NCBI GenBank assembly: GCA_023515795.1 | Contig: JALGPX010000097.1 | Coordinates: forward strand, 1-54,011 | Direction: 5' to 3' | From: Amoeboaphelidium occidentale | Lineage: Eukaryota | DNA: 54,011 nucleotides | Notes under the pieces: model-generated | The model's database searches: none | Seen by the model: the letters and a program-made list of their open reading frames with translations, nothing else | What the model was told of the DNA's origin: nothing | Made by a program: the position numbers and the translations under genes | Part shown: piece after piece, positions 1 to 10,978 of the stretch | Position numbering within the stretch: the first letter of the stretch is position 1 | How the letters are laid out: each line of letters opens with the position of its first letter

Positions 1-2
1 TA

Positions 3-1334
3 CCTGGGATCCTCAATGGTGCCAGCAACATAGTCTCCAGCGCGGGATCCATCATCCCTCCAACACAACAAGGTTTCTCCAACATAATCAATGGTCGATC
101 TTCATTCCCAAATACCACCGCTGAAGGAACAAGTTTTGCATCGAATGTTAGTGAAATCAAGAGATTGTGCTACGACTTGAATGCAAACTGTCTTGTTTTG
201 TTTGGTGAAACCGTTGAGAACTGCAGCAACAAGTACTATCGGTGTTTGGAAGAATGTGCTGTTGAGAATGCTCCGTTCAATACCACACAGAGAGCATATC
301 AAATCTTTGGCATACCAGATTCTTTACCGCTGATCACACAACGTCCAGCAACCAACGAAACAGAACCAATGGTACCTGGGTTTAACACAACGTTTGTACC
401 AGCTCCAACAATTGATTTCATTAATGCTTCTCAAACTATTGTACAGCAGACTACTGAAGCACTACCTTCTGTTGTTGTTGCGTCTCCATCGATAACTGTA
501 CAAACTGCATTGGTGGTACCAACTTCAGCAGCAAGCTCATTGATTCCTCCTGCTCCAGCTACCACAACAACATCATCACTTACTTCAACAACCACGATTG
601 TCACACAAACACCAACTGTTCCACCTCCACCTCCACCTCCACCAGTTCAGAGGAATCTGCCATCGTTTGATTACCAAAAGAAGAATATCAGGGCAAGGAG
701 TGTTGACTATTTGTTCGTTGACCCACAGTCGTTTGATTCACCACTTAGCGTTGAAAACAGAACTAACGTGTTCTGCTATTATGACATGGTTACCATTGCA
801 ATGACTGACAAAGATCAAGACAAATTCAATGCCATGGGACTGTCCGTGTACGATGGTAAATCCGCAAACTTTATCAAATTCACCGAGTATGACTTGTTGA
901 AACCATTCATTGACGCCAGATTCGCGAGAGCAAAGAGACTTGGTTGCACTGGAATACTGTGGGACATTCAAGATATCAGACTGATTGCCGCTCTGGTCGA
1001 CTTCTCCATCACTGACGAGATTGTTGTGGACTATGTGAGGAAACTCTCTGAAGCTGCCAAAGCTGCTGGTTTCAAAGTAGGTTTGCAGAGTCCAGGCTAT
1101 TATACCAGCGTCGTGAAGGACACGCTTGATGTGATTCTGAGTATATCCTGTGATTCTGCTGGTACTTGTGCATTCACCAAGGAATTCTCCGATAGTGGCA
1201 AGCCTGTGTTTGACGTCGAAATCGGTAGGACATCAGCGCCTATTTGCAACGGATGGAACAGATACTCCATCTCAGGTGTTTTCAAATCAGCGGCCCTTGA
1301 TGGTAATGAGGGACCGCAGACATGCGCCGCCTAA
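3..1334 (+). CDS. Ser/Thr/Pro-rich surface or secreted protein with C-terminal GH114-like TIM barrel (5'-partial)
   Basis: Frame is open from base 3, so the start lies outside the window. Thr/Pro stalk (TTTTSS, PPPPPPPP). C-terminal motifs ARFARAKRLGCTGILWD, GFKVGLQ and KPVFDVE resemble GH114 motifs (ARL..AK.KGCDGVDPD, GL.IGLKN, KPVF.IEY). Confidence 0.6.
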   Translation, partial: PGILNGASNIVSSAGSIIPPTQQGFSNIINGRSSFPNTTAEGTSFASNVSEIKRLCYDLNANCLVLFGETVENCSNKYYRCLEECAVENAPFNTTQRAYQIFGIPDSLPLITQRPATNETEPMVPGFNTTFVPAPTIDFINASQTIVQQTTEALPSVVVASPSITVQTALVVPTSAASSLIPPAPATTTTSSLTSTTTIVTQTPTVPPPPPPPPVQRNLPSFDYQKKNIRARSVDYLFVDPQSFDSPLSVENRTNVFCYYDMVTIAMTDKDQDKFNAMGLSVYDGKSANFIKFTEYDLLKPFIDARFARAKRLGCTGILWDIQDIRLIAALVDFSITDEIVVDYVRKLSEAAKAAGFKVGLQSPGYYTSVVKDTLDVILSISCDSAGTCAFTKEFSDSGKPVFDVEIGRTSAPICNGWNRYSISGVFKSAALDGNEGPQTCAA

Positions 1335-1389
1335 GTTAAATAATATATCGTTTTGTTCGAATTGCTCTATTGACATTTCTGATCAATCT

Positions 1390-3087
1390 ATGGATACCAT
1401 CGAAAATGACTCCAGGGATATCCCACGAACTGGATACGCGCCAATTAAAGCAGAGTATATTATCCAACGACAGCAGCACACGATAGAAGCAACAGAGGAT
1501 GGCACAGAAAGCAAAGAGAAACGCGAAAAGGGAATGAACAAGAAGAGAAACTTCAGCACTTTAACAAAATCTGAGGTGCGTGCTAGAGATCTTTGCTTTT
1601 ACACGGCCCAAGGTGGAGAATGCCCCAACATAGCGGGAGACAAGTGTAAGAAGGAACACGATGTGAAGGAGTATTTGCAGAATAAGGAACCTGATTTAGA
1701 GAACGTCAAATGTCCCTTGTACTCTTTACACGGTTCCTGCCGTTACGGGCTTAAATGTCGCATGCACCGCGACCATTGCGTTTATGATCTGTCAAGTCTG
1801 GACGATGGTTTTGTTATCCTTAAGAAGGATGTTGTTGAGGAGATGAAAACAGAATTCAATTTAATCTCGAAAGAAGTTATAAGTTCCCTGAGGGCCAAGA
1901 AATACGCATTTGACAAGACTAACGGCTTATTGTCTCCGGAAAAGAATGAAGACCAAGTGGGCGCAGTTGTTACAGATGACGATAAAGACAAGGCTGCGAG
2001 AAAAGATCGTTTCAAGAATGTCTTTAAAGATAAGACCTACTTGGCTCCATTAACTACCGTCGGCAATTTGCCTTTCAGAAGATTATGTAAAGAAATGGGT
2101 GTTGATATCACGTGTTCTGAAATGGCATTAGCTGAGAATATCGTTTACAAACCGTCTGGTCAAGAAATGGCACTGCTTAAGAGGCACAAGTCAGAAGATA
2201 TTTTTGGTATTCAAGTATGCGGTGCTCATAAAGATTTGCTCATGAAAACTGTTGAATTTATAGAAAACGAATGTTCAGTGGACTTTGTTGATTTGAATGT
2301 TGGTTGTCCCATAGATTTAGTTTACAAGCGTGGCATGGGCAGTGCATTACTTGGCAGAGGACATAAACTAGCTGATATTGTATCTGGAATGTCTAGTGTC
2401 GCTCAAAATATTGGGATTACTGTAAAGTTGAGGACTGGCATAAATAAGGGAAAGTATCTAGCTCAAGCACTTTTGCCATCATTAAAGTCTGCTGGTGCCG
2501 ACTTGGTTACTTTACATGGTCGCACCAGGGAACAAAGATACACAAAATTACCGGACTATCAGTACATTGATCAATGCGGACAGACTGCCTCTAGAATAGG
2601 TCTCCCATTTTACGGAAATGGAGACATCATGTCTTATACAGACTACTTTGACAGACTAGAGAATAACCACATTGATGGTCTTATGCTCGGAAGAGGCGCA
2701 TTAATTAAGCCGTGGGTTTTTACGGAAATTAAGGAGCGAAGACACTACGACATTTCTGCGAATGAACGTTTTGACTTGATGAAGAAGTTCTGCGAGTTTG
2801 GTTTGGAGCATTGGGGCACAGATAACGAAGGAATCAACAAAACACGAAGATTTCTACTGGAGTGGCATTCTTTTCACTGTAGATACATTCCTGTTGGTTT
2901 ACTTGAAGTTCTGCCGCAAAAGCTCAACGAGAGACCTCCTCCATTTCGCGGCAGAAATGAATTGGAGACATTGCTTGCTTCTGATAATTCTGCAGACTGG
3001 ATAAAACTATCTGAAATGATACTCGGTAAAGCAGATTCTTCATTTGCATTTACGCCGAAGCACAAGTCAAACAGCTACGAAGGTTGA
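1390..3087 (+). CDS. DUS3: tRNA-dihydrouridine(47) synthase
   Basis: Two CCCH zinc fingers, then LAPLTTVGNLPFRR, DLNVGCP, HGRTREQRY, ALIKPWVF and C-terminal FTPKHKSNSY. ATG at 1390. Confidence 0.95.
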   Translation: MDTIENDSRDIPRTGYAPIKAEYIIQRQQHTIEATEDGTESKEKREKGMNKKRNFSTLTKSEVRARDLCFYTAQGGECPNIAGDKCKKEHDVKEYLQNKEPDLENVKCPLYSLHGSCRYGLKCRMHRDHCVYDLSSLDDGFVILKKDVVEEMKTEFNLISKEVISSLRAKKYAFDKTNGLLSPEKNEDQVGAVVTDDDKDKAARKDRFKNVFKDKTYLAPLTTVGNLPFRRLCKEMGVDITCSEMALAENIVYKPSGQEMALLKRHKSEDIFGIQVCGAHKDLLMKTVEFIENECSVDFVDLNVGCPIDLVYKRGMGSALLGRGHKLADIVSGMSSVAQNIGITVKLRTGINKGKYLAQALLPSLKSAGADLVTLHGRTREQRYTKLPDYQYIDQCGQTASRIGLPFYGNGDIMSYTDYFDRLENNHIDGLMLGRGALIKPWVFTEIKERRHYDISANERFDLMKKFCEFGLEHWGTDNEGINKTRRFLLEWHSFHCRYIPVGLLEVLPQKLNERPPPFRGRNELETLLASDNSADWIKLSEMILGKADSSFAFTPKHKSNSYEG

Positions 3088-3227
3088 TACAGAAATAGAA
3101 GCACTATTAGAGAATGTGTAGTTTTGAGAAGTGGATCTTGTGCCTATGTGGTAATTTACTATTAAGTCGCAACTTTCGCTACAGATTTTGAACATCACAA
3201 TTTTTGTTGCAATCAAGCACATCGGAG

Positions 3228-6200
3228 ATGTGGTCCATTCCAGCCAAAGTAGAATTAACGCCGCTTTGGGACACCATCAGAAGCGACAATTTATTCACAA
3301 TTCAGAAGTCAAAATCATCGCAGGGGATCATCTGGAAGTCGCTGGTTGATACGATCCAGAACGTTTTAGATACAAAGCAGTTACCGTTTCGAATAGTCTT
3401 CTCGCCGTACTTTTACACATCTCAGAAGGAGCAGAATGGATCGAATTCTTTACAGTCTACTGAAGCCTCAGTGTATATCATCGCAGTGTCTCAGAGCTTA
3501 CAGGGTCTTGAGGAGGAATGGAAGCAGTGCGAGCGATGGACTACAGAAGTTGCAACGCTGACTGAGAGTTCAGACATTGAGTCGTTCGTTCTGACGAAAA
3601 TCCATTCTTTGGTTGCATCGTCTTCCGCTGGAGAGCAGCTGGATGAGTTCAATACGTCTCAAGATGAAAAGTTTAGAAATGCTTCAAGATCGTTTCGATT
3701 ACTGTTTCAGCAACAGTTTCCCTCAGCCACAGGCGAAGAACGACTGGTCAATTTCTATCCTTGTGCTTATCAAAGGTTCCAGAATCAGGGCTGGCTTTAC
3801 ATCTCTCAGAACTACTTGACATTTTACTCTTATGTCTTGGGTGTCGAGACGAAATTGTTCATTCAGATGAAAGATATACTGGAGGTTAAGAAGGAACGCA
3901 CTAAGCGTGGTCTATTAGACGATGGTCTTAAAGTTGTCACAACTGACAAGAAGGATCATCTTTTTCTGAATTTAGTGTTTCATAGGGATGAAGCGTATGA
4001 TTTGATTGAGAATCTAGGCAATGAAGCAGTCACGGCTCTCTTAAAACAGAGTGTCCAAGATGCTCCTGGTGCTGATATAAGTGGTTCCGCTGCTGGTATC
4101 AGCAAGACCGCTGCGTTTTCTTCGTCTACACCATCTGCAGACTCAACTTCTTCAGACATAAGTGGTTCAGTTTCAAAAAGGAAGAATGCAAATGCGACCA
4201 TCACAAAGACTTCTTTGAAGGAGAACCTGGAGGAGCAGAAGAAGAATTCACTGTTCCAAGATCTATTTCATGTTCCTCCCACAGAAAGGCTTTTGATTGA
4301 AATAAGAGCGGTACTGTTTCTTCCAGATGATGCAACTTTTCCTAAACAGTTTGGGCGCTTCTTTTTATCGGAAAACTTTTGTTGCTTTACAGCGTACAAG
4401 AGGACTGAATGTATGTTAACCCTTCCTTATTTCGCTATAAGGCGTCTGGAAAAGATAAACACGTCATCGCAGATTATCGCAATTACCATAACTACTTGTC
4501 ATAATCTTAAATATTGTTTTCAGTTAGGTACAGAACTCAAGAAGATTGATGAAGTATGCGGTGCTTTGACGGATAAGCTGAGGAAGAATGCCGTTCTTGC
4601 CAAGAAACTAAAGGGGTTTGGTGAAAATCTAACTTCAGAAATGCTATTTGAAGGAAAGACGCAAGGATTTGTTGGCGGGCTTGGCTTAGAATACGGATTT
4701 CCAGGTGACGCTAAAAAGAACAAAGAAAAGGCAAAGTTGAAGTTTTGGATGACTTACTTCAGAGAATGTGGAAGAAACTTGTCGTTGATAAAGACTGAGA
4801 AATTCTTTAGACTTATCAGAATTGGACTACCAAGCGTGCTAAGAGGCGAATTATGGGAACTCAGCTCTGGAAGTATATGGGAGCGTTACATGAACGATGG
4901 TTACTATCAGAATCTTTTAGAAACCAACAAGAATAGGAAAAGTATGAGCATGGACGAGATCGAGAAAGATTTGAATCGAAGTTTACCAGAGTATCCGGCA
5001 TATCAGACAACAGCTGGAATCGATGCATTGCGAAGGCTTTTAGTTGCCTATTCTTTCAGAAATCCTGAATTAGGATATTGTCAAGCGATGAACATTGTCG
5101 GTTCCATTTTGTTGATATATCAGACCGAAGAACAGGCTTTCTTCACACTGGCTACAATGTGCGAGCGACTTCTTCCTGGATACTATTCAACTACAATGTA
5201 TGGTGCCATGAATGATCAACAGGTGTTTGAAACACTTGTCACAAAAACAATGCCAGTCGTAAGTTCTCTTTGCATTCTTCATAATCTGTTCTAGCTCGTC
5301 AAGCATTTTCAAGATAATGATATTCAGCTGAGCGTTGTCAGCTTGCCGTGGTTCCTCACACTTTTTATTAGCTCTATGCCACTTGTATATGCAGTTCGTA
5401 TACTCGATTGGTTCTTCGTTGATGGACCAAAGGTTTTGTTTCAAATTGCTCTTGCAATTCTAAAAATGAACGGAGAAGATTTATTAGAAGTAAAAGATGA
5501 CGGAGAGCTAATGAATGTTTTGAAAAAGTCATTTCAGCAGCTTGATGATCTGGTATTGACACCTCTAAGTCCTGGAAAGCAGTTAACAAAGTTCAATCAT
5601 CTCATTTTGTTGGCTTCAAGAGAATTTAGAAACATCACTCACGAGATGATTCTTGACATGAGAAAGAGCCATCAAATGAAAGTTGCTCATGGCATTGAAT
5701 CTTTTGCGAAAAGAACTGTAATAAGAAATATTTCAGATAAATGCAAACTGACAAAGGATGAACTGAACGATTTGTATGAAAGATTCTATTCAGTTCAATA
5801 TTACGCCCAAAAACAGATCCAGGAAGGGTCGCCTTTTGATCCTTCAAGAATGGACTATGATTGCTTCTGTAAACTTCTTAGTGAAGTCTGTTTATTTGCT
5901 CGGTCAAAATCACCTACTGCACAGAGCCCGAAAGCTGCAAATTTTGAGAAGAATTTTAACCGTAAAGATCCCGGGGATGAATTCAACAAGAAACTATTTG
6001 CCTTCATGGACAAAAATAAGAAGAGTGTTCTCCGACTGGACGACGTAGCTGTAGGTCTTGGTTCAATTGTTAAAGGAGATTTGTTGGCTAGAATTGAATG
6101 GCTATTCTCATTATACGACTCCGATAAAGATGGTCATCTGATTAACGATGAAATAATATCTTTGTCTGAAGGACTATTTTACTTGCTAAATAACTACGGG

Positions 6201-7010
6201 CTAGAGCCGGTGCAACAAGCTGTCGACGAAGAAGATCTTATTGATGTCAGCAATCCAGGGGATGACGAGAAATTGAAATCTATGAGTACATTTTTGAACA
6301 AGTGCTACGAGTTTTGTGATATCATCAGAGATTCTGAAAATCAATCTTCCGTTTTTACTTCAGAGGCAGAACAGGGCGCGGTTATAACTAAGCGGAAACT
6401 GTCTGTCGCGGCCTTTAGAGCTGTCGTACTGGCTGATAGTTTTCTGGAGAGGTTCTTCGATAAGGGACTGGTGGAAGTGTTTACGGCTCATCTAAAACAC
6501 CCATTCATTCATCAAACTCAAGAGGTTGTAAAAAATGAAAGACAACAAATACTAAGCTCCTTGTGGGATAGTAGCAAGAGCTTTTTGAGTTTGCGTAAAG
6601 GGATGCTTGGGAAGGCTTCATCAAAGAAAGATTACGCTGCTATTGAAGGCGGAGATGATGAGTTGATAAGTTTAGCTGGAGCTGAATCGCCAAGAGTTTC
6701 AGTATCGTCTCAACAACAAAAGTACCCCGTAGTTCCTTCAATGACTCCTCCTATGCTTTCATTGATGGCTGATATTCAAGGCTCCATAATTGACAATGAA
6801 AGACCGGCCATGGAAGTACAAAGTAATCAACCTGCTGACATTCTTTCTGAAGTCGACAAGCTTCTTAATGATCTTGATGTTGATATTACTGGCAATGCTG
6901 CTGCTGATGAGTCCATGGATGGTGAGCTGGAAATTCCCAAAACGAAGAATACCAAGAACGTCTCAGACACAGATATTGACAAATTCTTTTCAGAACTCGA
7001 AATAAAGTAA
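3228..7010 (+). CDS. Rab-GAP with two GRAM domains, TBC domain and EF-hand (Mdr1/Gyp2, TBC1D8/9-like)
   Basis: GRAM repeats (GWLYISQNYLTF, GRFFLSENFCCF), intact TBC fingers IEKDLNRS and GYCQAMN, EF-hand DSDKDGHL. A 36-nt GT-AG intron at 5259-5294 joins the two ORFs in frame. Confidence 0.9.
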
Positions 7011-7135
7011 ATTCACTTAAAACGCAAATGGTCCTCATCTTTTTTCGCGGTATTCGCGACGAATGCTTTCTGTTTCAACTTTATTTTTAGATTTTTTGAT
7101 AAGGAGCTTCAAGAACGACTTTCCGGCTTGCCTTC

Positions 7136-8338
7136 ATGGAACAAATAAGACGTAATGATCTCTTTATAAACACTAAATTATTGGATAAACCAGAAGAATT
7201 GGATGATGACTTTATAACAGCAGCGGATGCCTTGTTACAGCGTCAGCGCGAAGTTCGGCAAGCAATCGCAGAGCTCAGACTATCTGGTTACACAATTGGC
7301 AACAGAAATAGGCCGTATGCTGCTTCAGATACCCAGAAGACAACGAAAGATATGCTGAATAGCCCTGATATAAATGGAAAAGATCAAAATCGTAATCATT
7401 ACGCCAGAAGATGCTTAGAGGAATACCTGGCTCAACGAAAAGCAAAAGAAGAGGAAGAGCTCATTAGAGATTTTAAGGCACGACCTGCTCCTGCTACGTT
7501 TCGAGTACCCATCCTTCAGAAAGTCACAGAAAAGCAGAAGGATCATCACCGCATAATGATGGAAAGGGAAAAGCTGACACGAGAAACACTCAAGAAGCGA
7601 CTTAACGAAGCACAGAAGAGGGTTATTCCAAACCCACAGTTTAAGGCACGCCCGCTACCGAAATATCTTGAATCGAGGCCGAAACTTTCACCAGAGATAA
7701 AAGCACAGAAAGCGTACAAGGACGACTTTGAATTTGTGCCCAAGAAAAGAAAGGAAGTTCCTGATTTTAGAGCGCTTCAATATGATTTCCAGGTGCAATT
7801 GGAGATGGGGAGACTCAAATATTACGAGGATATGGGCAAGATCCCTGTCGACAGAGGACACAAAAGGCAACAGACAACAAAGAAAGAGTCTAATCTGACA
7901 CAAGAGAGCAAAATAGCTCGTAATATGACATTGAGAAAGCCGAGAGTCACACGATCTTTCACGTTAATGAAACAAGCAACTGAGAAGAAAATAGCCGAGT
8001 TCAACCGAAGAGACAGAGAGGCGAAAGCCAAATTAGCACGCAATACTGCTCGAAAATCATTATTAGGAGCAAAAATCCGTCACGCTCTAAGATACACCGA
8101 CAAGCTTCCTTCAGACAAGCGTTCTCATAATTCAAACGTGTCAAGTGAAGCGAAATTTGCACAAAACAGTCAATACAGACAGCATCTTGATGATGTTTAT
8201 AAAAACTTGGGCGAAAGGCCATGCATGTTTGAACGCATAAGTATTGAGCGCGCCATCAAGAAAGCAAACCAATATTATGAAGATATCATTTCACATCACG
8301 GTCTCGACAAGGGTAAATACTCGCAGAATCGAAGATGA
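7136..8338 (+). CDS. FAM161/UPF0564-like centriolar or ciliary microtubule-binding protein
   Basis: Basic coiled-coil protein with repeated FKARP(A/L)P, VPDF.ALQ..F and C-terminal RP.MFER motifs typical of FAM161. Confidence 0.7.
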   Translation: MEQIRRNDLFINTKLLDKPEELDDDFITAADALLQRQREVRQAIAELRLSGYTIGNRNRPYAASDTQKTTKDMLNSPDINGKDQNRNHYARRCLEEYLAQRKAKEEEELIRDFKARPAPATFRVPILQKVTEKQKDHHRIMMEREKLTRETLKKRLNEAQKRVIPNPQFKARPLPKYLESRPKLSPEIKAQKAYKDDFEFVPKKRKEVPDFRALQYDFQVQLEMGRLKYYEDMGKIPVDRGHKRQQTTKKESNLTQESKIARNMTLRKPRVTRSFTLMKQATEKKIAEFNRRDREAKAKLARNTARKSLLGAKIRHALRYTDKLPSDKRSHNSNVSSEAKFAQNSQYRQHLDDVYKNLGERPCMFERISIERAIKKANQYYEDIISHHGLDKGKYSQNRR

Positions 8339-8420
8339 TTGAATCATATATCGAAATCAGGGGCTAAAACAACTTGTCACATGTAAAGGGGCTGCTTGAA
8401 TATATTTTTGATATTGAAAA

Positions 8421-8978
8421 ATGAAATACGCGGCACTTTTAACAATTATCTTTGTCTCTCAAGCTCTTGGAGCACCAACTTTGAATGGCGAACAACAGCT
8501 GAAACAAGCTCCTCAAAGCGAAGCAATCGCTCCTTCTTCAGATAAAGCGCCAACGGTTGCAAAACCTCAAATGTCTGCTCCAGACGTACCAAGGTCCACT
8601 GGGCCGGCACCTCTGGACGGTTCTAAGGCTCCTTCTTCCGACGCGAAAACACCAAAGGATCCTGTTTCACGTGCTGGTTCTACAAAACCTGCAAAATCAG
8701 TCCCAGCTTCAGCAAGTTCCGCTAAAAGCTCTCCCGCTAAAGCAGCAAAAGGCAAGATCAATGTTCCTATTTTGGCAGCAGCTGGAGTTGCAGGTGCAGC
8801 GGGAATCGCGGTCGGTTACGCTTTAGGCGACGATGTTGATGAAGAACAAATCAAGGGCGCAGTCAAGCACATCAAAGAACTAAGCCAAACACCTGAAAAC
8901 GACAGTGAACCTCAGACTGATGCGTTCTTAGACAATGATGAAGCCGATGAACTAAATGATGACGTCTATGAAATTTGA
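8421..8978 (+). CDS. Secreted or membrane low-complexity protein
   Basis: Signal peptide MKYAALLTIIFVSQALG, P/S/A/K-rich body, Gly/Ala hydrophobic segment and acidic tail. Confidence 0.7.
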   Translation: MKYAALLTIIFVSQALGAPTLNGEQQLKQAPQSEAIAPSSDKAPTVAKPQMSAPDVPRSTGPAPLDGSKAPSSDAKTPKDPVSRAGSTKPAKSVPASASSAKSSPAKAAKGKINVPILAAAGVAGAAGIAVGYALGDDVDEEQIKGAVKHIKELSQTPENDSEPQTDAFLDNDEADELNDDVYEI

Positions 8979-9167
8979 TTAAATAGATACGTTAAAGGAA
9001 ATCTTCACATAAACTAAGCTTGTTCCATTGTCCCAACATGTAATTAATGCGTCTTAATGACTTGAAACGCTTTCTTGAATGCCACACGAGACAAGATAGA
9101 CACGCGATTCAGGATTGGCTACTTTTAGGACACAAAGAAGACTGTATTCGTCTAACTTCTTAACGTG

Positions 9168-10967
9168 ATGATGATGAAAACGCCCAAAGAAAAGCAGCGG
9201 GACCAATACGGGTTTATGAGAGTTATTGACGAGGAGCAAGCAGCTTTTGAAGAAAAGTACAAGAAGCTTAAAGCAGATCGTGAGATGGTTTGGTCTCAAA
9301 TGATTGTGAAGTCTCAACAAGAACTTCCACCAAGATCAAATTCGCTTAAGAAACTCATACGGAAAGGCGTTCCAGCCAACATAAGAGGTCTCGTTTGGCT
9401 GCGATATAGCGGCGCAGAAGAAAAGATGAAACAATCTCCAAGTATTTATGGACGAGTTTTAGAGAAAGCTATGGAGTTGCAATACTTTGAAGATGAAATC
9501 GACAGAGCACTGACAAATACCTTTCCTGATAACTTGTACTTCACGCAACAGAGAGATTCGATGCAATCCACGGACAGCGCGCATTCAGACCAACCAAACT
9601 CAATATTACAAAAGTTGAAACGTGTTCTTATGGCCTACGCGATGTATAATCCTTCTGTTGGATTTGTAACTCCATTGAATAAGATTGTTGGAATGTTTTT
9701 GCTCTTTCTGGATAACGAAGAACAAGCATTTTGGCTCCTGGTTGCTCTGGTTCAAGATATTTTACCGCCCAATTACTGGAATGCAGAATTAAATATGGAA
9801 GGTTTACGTGTTGATCAAGAAGTACTTTGGTCTCTTCTTCACGAAAAGCATTCCAAAATATTTCACAAGTTGGTTTCTACCGAGGAGAATGATGGCAGAA
9901 GTTCTCTAAAAATCATAACTGTCGAATGGTTCCTGAAACTGTTTGTTGATATCCTTCCCACTGAAACTTATCTCAGAATATGGGACTGCTTGTTTTATGA
10001 GGGCAACAAAATATTGTTCAGGGCCGCATTGACACTCCTAAAAATGCACCAGTTCGAGATTATGCGTTCTCAAGCACACGAAGATCTCTACAACATTTTG
10101 AAATCATTCCCGCTAGTGGTTTACGATTGCGAAAGATTTACCAAGATGATGTTCAAACGTCTTATGGGCCCTTGTGGTTACTTGCCCAAGAAGGGTATTG
10201 TAGAGCGGAGAAAATGCACTGTTGTTAATTGGAGTTTTATCAAGTCGAGTATTAAAGGTGATGCAACACCTGTAGATGATAGCGGTTTAAAGAAGAGATT
10301 TAGCGCGAAGCCTGCAGCAGGTGGCAGAACTCCTACTATGGCAATGCCGAAGAAATTGCAAAAAATGACAGATTTTCTCATTGAGGATAACGCAACCGAG
10401 GGAGCGTCCGCTCATAGTCCGGGAAGAGACTCCTTCAAAAGCTTTATGGTTTGGAAAGACCTTCCATCCAATGATGATGAAGTTGAGCAAGACATTCTCC
10501 CTCGACCAAGAAGCAGAAGGAAATCAAGAAATCCAAACAGTTTGAGAGTCAAAACTAGAATATCCAGTGCCTTTGTTCCCGATACGAGCTCACCAATGGA
10601 CTATTCACCTTCTACGTATGGCGTTGAATCGATTTACTCGTTGTCTCAGTCAAGATGCAACACGATTGCATTATCTCCAGTATCAAGAAAGTCTCTTTAC
10701 TCCGGAGCAAGACATACCTTCAGAACTTCAAATGGAGATATGGAGTTTGATTTTGTAAAGTACTATGAGAAGGAACTTCTATTAGAGTCAAAGAAGAGGA
10801 AGAGCAGAGTAAATACGATAAAGAATGAAAATCGAAAATCTTCAGCCAGGAACGATACCCTTGGCCTATCGGATTTAAAGTCTCCAATTCTTTATTCTCC
10901 TTTGAGTGAAAATCATGTTGGTGGCTATGAGTTTCAAAGAATATCAATGTCGCCTCGGTACAAATAA
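9168..10967 (+). CDS. TBC-domain Rab-GAP-like protein (Msb3/Msb4/GRTP1-like), catalytic fingers degenerate
   Basis: DQYGF, LKKLIRKGVP..IRG.VW, WFLKLF, LRIWDCLFYEG.KILFR. The R-finger region reads IDRALTNTF and the Q-finger region FVTPLN. Confidence 0.85.
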   Translation: MMMKTPKEKQRDQYGFMRVIDEEQAAFEEKYKKLKADREMVWSQMIVKSQQELPPRSNSLKKLIRKGVPANIRGLVWLRYSGAEEKMKQSPSIYGRVLEKAMELQYFEDEIDRALTNTFPDNLYFTQQRDSMQSTDSAHSDQPNSILQKLKRVLMAYAMYNPSVGFVTPLNKIVGMFLLFLDNEEQAFWLLVALVQDILPPNYWNAELNMEGLRVDQEVLWSLLHEKHSKIFHKLVSTEENDGRSSLKIITVEWFLKLFVDILPTETYLRIWDCLFYEGNKILFRAALTLLKMHQFEIMRSQAHEDLYNILKSFPLVVYDCERFTKMMFKRLMGPCGYLPKKGIVERRKCTVVNWSFIKSSIKGDATPVDDSGLKKRFSAKPAAGGRTPTMAMPKKLQKMTDFLIEDNATEGASAHSPGRDSFKSFMVWKDLPSNDDEVEQDILPRPRSRRKSRNPNSLRVKTRISSAFVPDTSSPMDYSPSTYGVESIYSLSQSRCNTIALSPVSRKSLYSGARHTFRTSNGDMEFDFVKYYEKELLLESKKRKSRVNTIKNENRKSSARNDTLGLSDLKSPILYSPLSENHVGGYEFQRISMSPRYK

Positions 10968-10978
10968 AAGATGTATTT

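Noticed and set aside
1150..1389. N-terminal extension of DUS3 overlapping the upstream gene, and the many short antisense ORFs in the track
   Set aside because: Non-ATG starts or shadow frames of real genes, with no independent support.
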